From Okamejei kenojei (lineage: Eukaryota), in NCBI GenBank assembly GCA_035221665.1, contig CM069156.1:27466001-27530000 (forward strand): 64,000 nucleotides of DNA. The letters are read 5' to 3'. The position numbers and the translations under genes are program-made. Of this stretch, positions 1 to 12,459 are shown piece by piece. Within the stretch, counting starts at the first letter, position 1, and every line of letters begins with the position of its first letter. The notes below the pieces were generated by a model that saw only the letters and a program-made list of their open reading frames with translations, was not told where the DNA came from and did no database searches.

Positions 1-3000
1 CTGAGAACTTGCACTCGATATGCGGCCGAGGTGCCAGTCCTCGCACCGGGCTTGTCTTGTGCCGCAGCACGGGGATGCAGTTACCGACACGGTGCGCTCA
101 CTCTCTCAATGGGGCTCTCACTCCAAATACTAAACAACTTTAATCCAATTGCGAATGTTTTGACATCGCCACATTATAGCTTTCACATCAAACTTTGCAC
201 AGAGAAGCAAGGAACTGCAGATGCCGCAGAATCTTGACCAAAACACAAAGTGCTGGAGGAACTCAGGCAACATCTTAATTCAGCTGCCTGGCCCACTGAG
301 TTTCGTCAGCATTTTGTGGTTTGCTGTTAACATCACAGATCCTTCAACTAGAAAGCGTGCAAACAGCACAGAAATAATCTAAAATATCCAAATACATTTT
401 ATTCACAATTACAAAAAATATATTCTGTTATTATAACAGCCAATTAATTTGAATGGTCTATTAGTCGACTCGATAATACAATAGTTTCATTATATAATTT
501 AAACCAAGGAATACAATCTGATTTATCGGGAATATGCTTCCACGTATACGTTTTTTTTTAATATTCTGAGTCAACCGGCCAGTGATCCCTTGAATGGACG
601 TGAGGCACCACTATTAGAAAACAGTCTAAAGACTCACATAATAGTTGTCTCAGTATAGTTTCAGCTTATTCAGCAGCGTCCAGGGAATGAACAGGGCACT
701 GGTCCGGCAGCATCGGGCCGAGCAATAAATAAGAAAGCCTCTCTTATCGTGGAAATAAATATAGAAAGCAATTAAGAAGTAACTAGTTTTACGACACGGT
801 GAAATCAGATCATGAATTGGCTATGGAGTCCTTTTAATACAAACTATAAAATACTGTAATTGCACATAAACAAAATCAAATTCTGTTATACAAGCAATTA
901 CTTATTAATGCAAGTGAATTGTGACAATTTATTCGTACCGAATTGAAATGAAATGTTTGAGTCAAAAGCCGAAGGAAACGTGCAAGGGGCATCGCGATGA
1001 CGGGGTGGGGTTGTTTCTTTCAGGATATTTACCAATTTTTAAAAAAACATAATATTGGAAAATATCTGAATAACCGGTGAAATTGAACAGTCCTCGCTCT
1101 CCATCATCCATCCGAGATGTTAAAATAAAGTCGAAATCTGCCCCTGAGCACAGAATTAGGAAGCAGAGAGGAATTGGAATAACACGATTAAAGTATAATT
1201 TTTCTCCTGAGCTTTGAGTCCACATATAAACATTTAAACTCAGTAAATAATGCTTTTAATTAACACCTGATAGTAAAATGTTCTATTGTACTCCCTTCAA
1301 TTAATAACTTTACCACAAATTTCGGATTTCTCATGTTTAATAAAATCTCTTTCCGATTATAAATATGGCTCTTGAATTGACCAATTGTTTATTATGTATT
1401 ATCAGCTCCTAATTAGGTGCGATGTTTCAAATCCCCTCTGATACTAATTATCTCTTTCAAATTTAAAGCAAAACTAAGTGGACGGATTTCTGTTGGGGAC
1501 ACAGCGGGAGTTTCCTTGGTTTGACAGGTGAGCGAGGTTTCTGGCCGTGGCACATTTTTAGGGGATTGGAAAAGGTGGGGTCGGTCGGTAGGTGTGAGAC
1601 TACTTAGCCACGTCATTCAGCTTTTGTACAGTGAAGCACCCCAGTGATACGAGCGGTGGGCTGCACAACCCAGAGCTCGCTCTTAATTAAAGGGAGAAGA
1701 AGGAAATTAAAAATATACTCAGGTCGAACTTCTGCCTCCATTTAATTGTTGCCTCCAAATATCTTTGCCTGGTTCGCTGCTTATTTGTTAGACCCTCTTC
1801 CCAGAAATAATCTAAATGGATTTCAGATAACGGTCATTGAAAAAAAATGTCACAACTTTTTTTAGTTCTGTAAAATTTCCAATAAACTTATTAGAATTGT
1901 CATCGTTAGTATGAACTTTTTTTCTTAACTGCTGGAAGTCTAAAATTAAAAAATTAAAAAAACAGAAGTGCTGGAAATACATTTGTTCAGCCATCTCCCG
2001 CTCTCAGAGATTTTATTAAAGGGGTTGATTTTGCTGAAAGGTTTCGCGCTACACTCTCTTTGAAAGGTCCCCCCCCCCCCCCCCCCCCCCTTTCCAAATA
2101 CTCGTTTCATTAAATTCCAGTAAGGTCGATTTTTGCGTCACGTGACAGGGGAGTCTCCGCAGATAAAATTCAGTGTTAAACTCAACGAAGCTCCCAACCC
2201 CTGGCTGCTACGCATATTCCTTTTGAAGGAACGAGGCCCTCTGTTTAAGAACCATTTACCACGGCATTGGACTGCTCATCAACCTAGCCAAGAAACGCTG
2301 GATTATCTATTTGCAAAGACAGTACGCGTTAGGTAAGAACTTTTCTCAAAAAAAACAAAATCAAACTTGCAAGCATAAATGTAGAAACCAGAGTGGTTTT
2401 AATTCATGTTTAATTTGAAGAATTGTTTTCCAGTTTATTGTTCTAACCCACAGGCCGCACTGAGAATGTCAGCAGCCAGCAGACGAGCTTTAATTTAATT
2501 GAATACAACCCGAATAGCCCGATATTAATATCTGGATTGAAATGATACTTTCCGGCGTTAAGCTGACAAGTTCTAACTAATTCTCAATGCACGCGGCGTT
2601 TAAAATGAACACAGGAGATTAAAGAACGAGATTTTCCATCTGAAGTATCCAACTAACTTTGGGATCATTGTCTGGTTGGTTGAAAGTCTGACAGCGATGA
2701 CAGAAGATGATAAATAGGAGGGAGACCAGCAAGAGGTGGGGGTTGGGTGCAGGATGTCACTGGAAGAAAGTGGCAGCACACAGGACACCGACTAACAGGC
2801 AGAAAGAAGGGAAGTAGCAATGAGTTAGGAAGAGGGAACCGTGAGCGGGGGCGGTAAAGTGAAACACTCAAATTGTGGGAGTGTTTATATTTGATGACTG
2901 TTACTGTATCTGTAAGAATTTTATAGTGAAACAATACAAACAAACACAGCATCCAAGCTGAAAGTGCCCTTTCAGAGAGAGTGGGTACGATTTGGGCAAC

Positions 3001-6000
3001 ACTATTGTTTTTTTTTCTGTGTGCACTGACGTCGATTGGAATTTCCTAAAGATTTTGAGTTTAGTGTTGAGCTTGGTCACAATTTCTCCACTGTTGTTCA
3101 GTAGTTACATTCAAGGACAGAAAGAATCCTAGCCAAGCCATCACGTGCCCAATTTTCTAAGAAAAAAAAATACTCCTATGAAATAAGATAAGATGTCATG
3201 AAATTGTTTTGGGGGAGAATCTGTAGGTTTCATAAATGTCCGCATGTTTTGGTGTGCAAATGGGACTTTGGTTAATTTATCATTTGTTTTTTGTTAATGT
3301 AAATGATGCGGCGATTAACAGTCATGTCCCATAAGCATTATAGTTTTAGCGGAGGGAGTGGGAAAAAAGTCCCCGAGTTCCTGAATCGTGGGGTTTTCGG
3401 CACCGTCCCCGGGTTCCCTGATTCGGGCAAGTTCTACGTTACATTAAGTGGGAATCCTAGTCGCCACCGGCTTGTTGGAATCTGTCTGAAGCAGGGTCCC
3501 GATCCGCAACGTCACCTACCCATGTTCTCCAAAGATGCTGCCCGGCCCACCGTGTTACTCCAGTACTTTGTGTCTTTTTTGACGTTTAGGAAAATCTCGA
3601 TTAAAAACCCATTCACTGGACTCTAAGCTGCCCTGTGACAACCGTGTAACGATTGCAATAAGGCCGTCACCCTAACCGCTCCCAAAACATTCTATTGCAA
3701 ATCATTTCATACTAAAGTTGAATGGTTTAAAAATCAAAACATATTTTCGCCCCCCCCACCCCACTATCCTGCTCGACTAAAATAGTAAATCACCTAAAGG
3801 TTCAGTGTACGTAGACGGAGACTTGTTTATCATGATTATTTATTACACTTAAAACCAGTGTGATATAAAAAATGTATAAATGCACTTGACCTGTTAGCGT
3901 GAAATAAACTTGCTTCAATACAGGGCCAGGCGTTCCATTTTCTCACATCTGGATGATTTATGCCGGGAGGGTCGTCGATAATAGATTTCAGCAATATCAT
4001 TAAATCATTTTCTTTCAATGGGTACAGGAATGTAAAGGACATTTTATAAATTTGGCGGGGGCGGGGTGAGGCTGGAGGACTACCGAGGCCAGCCTAAAAA
4101 CAATCCACGGTTGTAAACACGATTCTTGTCTCAATTTAAAAAGTCAACGCCGAGGAAGGGTACGTTTATTCCGATTTCCTCCATTAACGATGGCGAATGG
4201 GCGTAGGGGGAAAGTCAGGAGTGATGATTGGAGCAGAGGTGACTGTTGACTGACGTGTGTGGATCTATTAATGTTTAGTTCAGGGAGATACATTTTGAAA
4301 AATAAACTTTGGGTGTGGATTGAATGGTTTAGAAAAAAACGCGTCTTCCACATTAGTCACACGCTAGTTAATTTGAGAAAATAATAGAGAACTTTAAAAT
4401 AGGAATTGTCAAATAAAAATAAACTCAAATAAAAGTCTTTAACAGTTTAAGTTTAGCAAGGCCTCGGACCGTTAGCAAACCATCCCCCGAACATAGCTGG
4501 ATTCTGTGGATTGGGGAATCTTGAATTTTCATGCCTGCTATACATAAAGAAGTAGATATTATTTCGTCTTTCCGGGAGAAATCTGAATTGCAGGACTTAG
4601 AATATGAACGATGCGAGCCACCCGGCCTAATTCGAACTCGCTCCCAATCATTCTAGGCTGAAATGAATTTTCCTGACGCTTTTACTCACTGCTTTCCTGC
4701 ACGTTCCCACTTAGCTCCACAGCATCTATATGCCGCGTGGCCACGGTGCGACAACACAACAGCAAGTTGTCCTGGCCTTGAAGAGGGAATGTGTCCCTGA
4801 CCGTGTGCTGTTGAATAGTGACACCGCGTTACCCGTCGATTGCCGCCCCTTTGAATGAAGTTTACTTAAATAATCACAGGCAATTAGTGGTTATATTGGG
4901 AACCGAGCCTAATTAAAGTGCATCCCGCAACACTCAAGTGCGCATTTGCTGGAGTAATTGACCTTAATTTAAACCTATTTTGAGTTTTGGGGGACTCCAG
5001 CCGCCTAGATCTCAAACGCAGTTCTTTAACCAAGGACAACGGCACAGCTGCTCTGCGTCCTACAATTTATTTCCCCCCAAAATTCACGAATTAAGGGATC
5101 TAATAAACTAAGCTCTGCTCTTATACATTCATCGAAATCAGAGAGATACGACGGCTATTATAGTGACATTTAACCATTCTAAAAGTTAAAATCCGCTGCA
5201 CTGAATGCCTTAGTGACAATTCAGGGGTTGACGATTAATTGGTGTAACTTCACAATTGATATACTCGTGAAAGCTGTGTATTGTGGCCTGGATAAATATC
5301 AGTATCGGTCGGTGCGAACAAGGAGCGGTATCTCCAGAATGGACCCGAAGGTTAACAGACCCTTAAGAAACAGGGCAACAAACCTCTAATGCCCGTGAGC
5401 GGAGTTGTATTCCGGGCTAATCCGTCCATTCTCGGTTAATCCTTCGCTCCCCTATTTCTAATTATGAATTAAGTTGTTGGCCAATATCAGAAGGCTCATT
5501 TAGAACGATAATAGTCTACGTTACAAAGGCAATGATCGAAAAGTGGGAATGTTGTCAAGTCGACTGAAGTTGACTCCTGGATCTTGCTAAGATGCTTCAC
5601 GAGTAGGTTGAACTCCAATTTCTTTCTCTAAACTGAAACTCCGTTGTCTTCATCTGGCATTTAATTAGGCATCAAAAGCACACATTTTCGGCCTAGGAAT
5701 TATCGTTACTTTCTTCCGTTACCGTCGTGATGTTTCAAAGAAACTTAGTAAACATGTCATAACGCTTGCATTATTTTCCCCTCCCCGTTATTATGTCTCT
5801 AATTCTAATTCAACGTCATTAACAATCTGTCATATCATCAAGCTAAGAATGATGTTTCTAATTCATGGAAGCGAATGAATGAAGTAAAGGAGAAATTTCG
5901 GGGCATATTTTATTCGTTAATTGTAAATTCAATTGAAGCCTTTAATTCTAATTTTTTTTTAATCCTTTGAATGTTGTCACGGTAAAGGACGGACAAGCTG

Positions 6001-9000
6001 GGACTTGCATATCAATGTACACTCCTTTCCTGTGGCAACATTAATATCCGAGTGGGAAACACAAGCTAACCAGCACGTTTTCTCTGTACGACAATGGTCA
6101 AGAACTGAATAATTCTCAAACCTATAATATTTTAGCAACATAGTTTGGGACTAGATGAAAACCACCTACTCTTGTCTTTGGATCTTTGAGGTGGTCGGTG
6201 AATAGGGATAATTTAGCTATGAATCTTGATTCATAAGAATAAACCTTAAAATGTCATTATTAATAATCAAGGCGCAAATCATTTCAAATCGTCCTTGTAT
6301 TGAAAACTAAAGCAATTCATACAAACCGCCCAGCCTTAGATATGACTGGTTAAACGATTTTTGGAAACGTTAACTCCATTGCTAATTGGTATTGGGCTTA
6401 CTGTTTTCATATTCAGCTGGCTGATGACTTGGCTTTAAAAACATTTCACATTTATAGTTAAATTGTTTCATATTCAATATTTACTCCTCTTTACCAGAGG
6501 GCGGGCAGGGAGGACGCTTGCGGAGATATACATTTGGATAAAGTGAAAACACTTTGAGGCCATTAGTTCAATTGGTTTGGGAAAGAGAAAAAAATGTAAC
6601 CTGAATAACGGTCCAATCCCACAAAGGCAGCCAGGGCCCAACACAGAATGAACAGAGTATCAATTGTAGAGGTGCAGAGAACAGTTACTTGAGAATAATC
6701 GCCAACTTGTCTGCCTTTAAATTTATAGAATCGCGGGGTAGAGTATTAACTCCGCGCCCACAGTTTATGCATTGCTCGTGTTAAACCGCTGAGCAGGATA
6801 TTGGGCATGGTGGATTAAGACGGTGTCTCGAATGGGAATTTAACCTTGTCTATCCACAGTTCTATTCTAAATCAGATTAGCTCTCAGTCTTCACCCACAA
6901 CTCATGAAGCAGCCACTACATTGCTTAAACCGACATCTGAATGATGGCGAGAAATGAGAATATAAACTTGACTATTTGTATACAATCTCTCATTATTGAG
7001 AGTTCATCATTTTCCTCCCTTCCCATATAAACTGGAGGCCTGCGTGGGAAATGTTGTTTTTATCTGATGACACTAAATTGAACTGTTTGTATTGGAAACA
7101 CGCATATTTGTGGATGCCCGCTATCAGTAAATAAAAAACCTTTAAAATTTTTATCAGGAGCAACACACGACTTTCATGGGAAAATAACAATAGAAAAAAA
7201 AAACTCACTGGAATAAACTTTAAAACCGCCTGGAGTGAGTTCAGCGGTGACGAATTTTCCAGTTCTCCAACCCCTTCGGTACATTTCAATGTTTCTCTTT
7301 CGGAGGCACCCTGGAATTTTCGGTTGTCCCTCTGAATGCTCCCTGCAGTTTAGCAGCGAGGTTGGGCCAGGATAGACAGGAGCTCTCAGGCGGATGGGGG
7401 TGGGGTGGTAGGTCGGTGGTGATTGCTTTTGGTGATGGTTGTCTGTACTGTTGGGTCCAGTTGGCAGCCTAATGTGCGCCGGGGAACCCGTTGAAACACC
7501 CTAATGGGTCCCAGACAGTGGCTCCTTGTTGTTTCTTTGTCCCGCCGTTTTACGACCATCTCAAATAATCCGCAATGCTCTAATTTCCTCATCATGATTC
7601 CCCAGGTAAACGATTTCCGCCTTTCTCATTATCGAGGTTACTGAAAGCACATGGAAAAGTCAGATTCAAACTAGCCAGACCAGACCCTAGATTGGTACAG
7701 GAAAAGAAAGGACCAATAAAATAGAAATACGTTTCCATTTTGGATGGCTAACTTACAAAACACGGCGAAATATTAGGAAAGCAACTCCGATGCATTTCAT
7801 TCAATCTTTGAATTGAATATACGTGTTTTCTTTTTCTTGACTATTCTAAAATGAACCTTTTATTATTTTGCAACAACAATTAAAGTGAACAGTTTTCATG
7901 GGCTTTGCATGTCTCCCGAATTTCCAGAACCCATAAATAGTTTAATTGCAACACTGGACTGTTTAGAACAGCAATTTCATAAACTGCGATTATAACCTCC
8001 GACATAATTATAAATCGTTGTTCTGTGCTGTTTATCACACTTCAATGCTGTAAGTCACTGGAAACCCTTGCACCTCGCAAGGAAGTTTAATCTAAGGCCT
8101 GCTTCACACAGTGGCAATGTGCTGACGCAAATGATCGATATTAATTGTTGCTTGACTTGGACTTCTATGCATGAGGAATGTCCGAGCACGAAGTGGATTT
8201 AGTCGAAGAGGGATATAAATACCTGTTGTAATGTTATTTATTTCGGGGTACAGCAGCATGAATATACGCGAGTGTCGATTGTGGGGATGACTTGCAAGAG
8301 CCAGGGAACTCTGATGTTGCGTTTGTTTTGTACATTTACATCTACGAGATTGTGTTGGCCAATGTGATTGTGGTCGGAGATTGCTGCTGATTTTATATAA
8401 ATAGGCTACTTCAGGCTGTAGATTTGCACGGAAAGTGAGTGTTGATTTATACAGGGGCTGACAGCAAGCTCCTGGGACAATTGCGTTTGGAGTGCTGCAT
8501 TATGTGTTGCGCGCGGTTTGTGGGGTGACGATGGGCAGATGTGGGAACTCAAGAGACTGCAGATGTTGGAATCTTGACCAATACACAAAGTACCTGAGGA
8601 ACTCAGCGGGTCAGGCAGCATCTGTGGAGGGCAATGGGCAGGCAACGTTTCGGGTCAGGACCCTTAATCTGGTAACAGTGAGGAGTTGACATCGGTGAAG
8701 GGAGTAAGCACAACACCGTTTATTGAGTTTGTACCGGGTTAACTATGATGTCTGGGCGCTAGTGCACTGGGAAAACCAGTCATTTCCCGAATTGGCGAAC
8801 GTTATACGTTGGTGAGAAGTCAAAAAATGTAACAATCGCTTTGTGGAATTTACACACATGGAGTAAAATTTGTTTAAAGTTTATTTGAAAAGTCTGCGAT
8901 TCTTCAAATATGCATGAATATACAATGCAGACCGTTCTTCTGTAAACTCGCTGGGTTTTATTTTATTTGGGACTTCTGCAAGAAAGGGTTATTAAGATCC

Positions 9001-9916
9001 AGTGTTCACGTTGCAGTATTGTGGAACAGAGTAACTGGCACTCTTAGAAAGTTATGGATGGGCTTCAGAATATTCTGTGGAATGAGGTGGATGGACACAT
9101 GGTGATTTTTTTTTTTGGAACGTGGTTTGCTTTGAAGTGAAAAGGGACTGGTCGGCTGCTCAGAATGTTATTTGGTCCTCTTGTAGGAGCTTGTGGGTTA
9201 AGGAGCTGACGATGATCGATGTCTGGGGCCGTTTATTATTGTTGAACTTCGCTGAAAGAATTTTTTTTTTTTAACGTAGTCTGTTACAATGAGACTTGAA
9301 TGCAAAAGAGTGCTGGAGTCGACTGTATGTGTGCAAGGAGGCGGGTTCTGATTGACAGATCGACGTCAGCGCTAAGGCAAGTAGGCCCAGTACTCAGAAC
9401 ATTAACGAGCACCAGAGCAACGGAGAGATTCTGCAGCATCCAGCAGGTTCACCGTGAGAATCATCCGATAACCTTCAACTTTGCTTTATCTACATTGATA
9501 ATATAAAGATATACATCAGACATCCCCCCCTCCCCCCAATTATTCCAGGAGCAGTTGGGGAGTGGAACGCGCTCAATCGGGGGATTTCTGCAGAAATCAA
9601 CTTGGTTGCAAGACCTGGGATATCTTTTACTGGGCTCGCCCGAGGCCGTACATTCCGAGACTTTGGTCCAGGGTCGTACTTTCACCAGTGGAACTACTGG
9701 AGGCCCCCTTAAAATAATTTGGATTTGCTGCATATTGAAAATCTTCGAATGGCGAACCGCTGATCGATTCGGATAGAAGTCGAGGTTCAGTTTGTTGTAA
9801 GTGATCATCCGTGACGGTTGTTTAATCGAAATGCAATGCAAAGGGAGTATGATGAAATTAAAATACAGATCCGTTAGAATCTATAACCGGGCTGTTACAT
9901 TGTAATTGAAAAGGCC

Positions 9917-9919
<3 letters not shown>

Positions 9920-9961
<42 letters not shown>

Positions 9962-9962
9962 C
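9920..9962. repeat. (CT)n microsatellite
   Basis: Seen directly. Confidence 0.95.
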
Positions 9963-12347
9963 CCTCGTTCTGTCAGATGTTGATTGCAGAAAGGGAAATG
10001 AGTTTTCGCATTGAAACGCTTCTGTCCAAAGGAGGAGGCCCTTGAGTTTGAAGTTGTGCAGAGTTTAATTCCTAATTGTACAACACCTTAGAGGAGACAG
10101 TTTTCGCTAGACCTGGCGGACCAGTATATTATCTGTCTCTCCGTCACAGCGTGACCCTACTGTGGACTATAACCTTTCTGTATATTTTATTTTTATCTCA
10201 CTCTCGCTTGTCTGGTCACATCGGCCTAGGAGTGGAAGTGCTTTACAAGAAAACTTGTCTCCCCTTGTCTGCCTTTCAACCTTTGGTTCAACTTTCCCAT
10301 TTAAACCAAAACGTCGAAATTCCAAATTGAACGTTGGATTTGTACGTTTTCCAGCAATGTTTATTTTCGCTAACCGGAGAATAAAAATGATTTTGACAGA
10401 TTACAGAAAATCTCAGTCAGATTTTACATAATCTAATCAAATAATTCGGACTTTGTTCGTTTTAGTCGAATGTAGGAATAACTCTACACATATTTATTAA
10501 TCTGCATTAAATTGGCAAATGGCAATTATTATATCAATACACCTCCTGAAGTCCTGCTTTAATTTGTTCAGGGTATGTTACTTCCCGCTGAATGTTCATT
10601 GTCGAAAACCAAGAATATCTTCATTATATATTTTGGCAAACCACGGAACGCTAGTTCCATCCCAGTTCATTGGTCTCAAGTATCAATCTGAATTTTCTCT
10701 GCCATTAACCATTACCTGACGTTGTTAAGAAATGTGATGTTACAGTTAAAACCTTCGATAGCTTCGACTTTGAATCCACACCCGGTAATGGATGTAAATT
10801 GCTTGGCGCCTGATACGTTCTATTGTGGATTGTGCGCGCACAATCACACAGGGACAGAAATGTATATAATCTAGTGAGATATGAATGCAAAGGTGAGGTC
10901 AATAAGGACAACTTAATAATTGGAAAAACGAAAAGAGAAAATGCTGAGCCGCATTTGCTAAAACTGGCTCCGGACGTTTATGCAAGGAATCTATTTAACT
11001 CGGCGCAAGAGTGTTTGAATGTTTTATTTTAAGAGTATATTTTAAAATGCATTGTTTATGTACTTGCTTAATGTTGTTGGGGTCTTTCAGTCTAACATGC
11101 TCCGAGAAGACTTCCTGCATGCACGCCATGTGTCAAGGTAGATACAGCAGGATTTGAAAGTTTTGAATCCGTCTGGAAATGTATACCACATCCTGACGAC
11201 CAGTAGTAAACTTAATTATTGCAAAACATTTTGTAAATGTCTCTCTGAGTGTTCAGAAGCAACACGGAGTGTCTGCAGAGAACAAAAATAAAGGTGTTTT
11301 TCTTCTATTTAATGTCTGTTGTTCTAAAACAGCAAGTGCTTGACAGCGAATCTGAGAGATCTACATCTCGTCACTTTAGTCTGGACATTTATTCTTTGAG
11401 ATATAAATCACTGTCCTGCGCCATCAGGCACATTCCAAGTTGTTATTTGAAGGTTGCGAGTTTAAATTATTGCTGACTCCTCGCCCTATACATTTGACAC
11501 ATTGAGTTGTGTATATTGGTACCTTACCAAAGCAATGTGCAACCCAGACAGAGCGAGAATCCAGGGGTTGCAAATCCTTACTCTGGGATCCCGCCGAGGA
11601 ATAGATCCTCAATGTTTAGATATGTGGGTAAGATAGACCCATAGTGATATCGTTAAATTAGGTTATTCAACAAAATGTGGATAATAAAGCAGAATATTTA
11701 GCTGTGCTGAGTAATTGCATCAACGCTGTTAGGGATGTTTGAATTTACTCTGCCAAGATTTCTCCCCCAACAACATATCAACACCCCTCCCACCCTCACG
11801 GCCAACTATAAAGGAGAATTACCGTGGATGTTCCGGACGATAGTAACTTTAAAAGCCATTCTTTTTCTAACCATATTCCATTGTTCAAAACAGGATTACA
11901 ACAAACAATCGGAGACATACCATTGCCATTAAGAGTTTAACGAGACCGTTATTTTGGGAGAACATTATAATTATAGAGCCATTCGAAGAGGAACAGACAA
12001 AAACTAAGTGAAATTGATTTTTTTTTTAAAGTGGAGATATGCCCAGTTCCATCGCTCCATATTCGATTGGCAAATTGGTCAACAGACCCAACATAAAGGC
12101 ATCTAATGTGACGCGGGGATAATGTGATCGATGTGCGAAAGAACACCACAAGGATTTTTTTTTTTTTGGCATTAATGAAATATTGAATGGAGAAGGCGGG
12201 ATGTGAGGAGAACCCGCTACAACTGCAGGTAACGGGCCTAATGTATAAATCTAAATAAAACACAACAAAATATAATACACTTTTAATTAATCTTTCGCTT
12301 TCAAAACAAGCAGGAAATACAATTCGCTCTGAAGATCAGGGTGTGAA

Positions 12348-12382
12348 AGAGAGAGAGAGCGTGAGTGAGAGAGAAAGAGATG

Positions 12383-12417
<35 letters not shown>

Positions 12418-12459
12418 TGAGAGAGAGAGATAGAGATGGATAGAGAGAGAGATAGAGAG
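12348..12459. repeat. (GA)n/(GATA)n compound microsatellite
   Basis: Seen directly. Confidence 0.95.

Noticed and set aside
2068-2090. Poly(C) run (and poly(G) at ~41429-41456) as functional G-quadruplex elements
   Set aside because: Simple homopolymers of unreliable assembled length with no further support.
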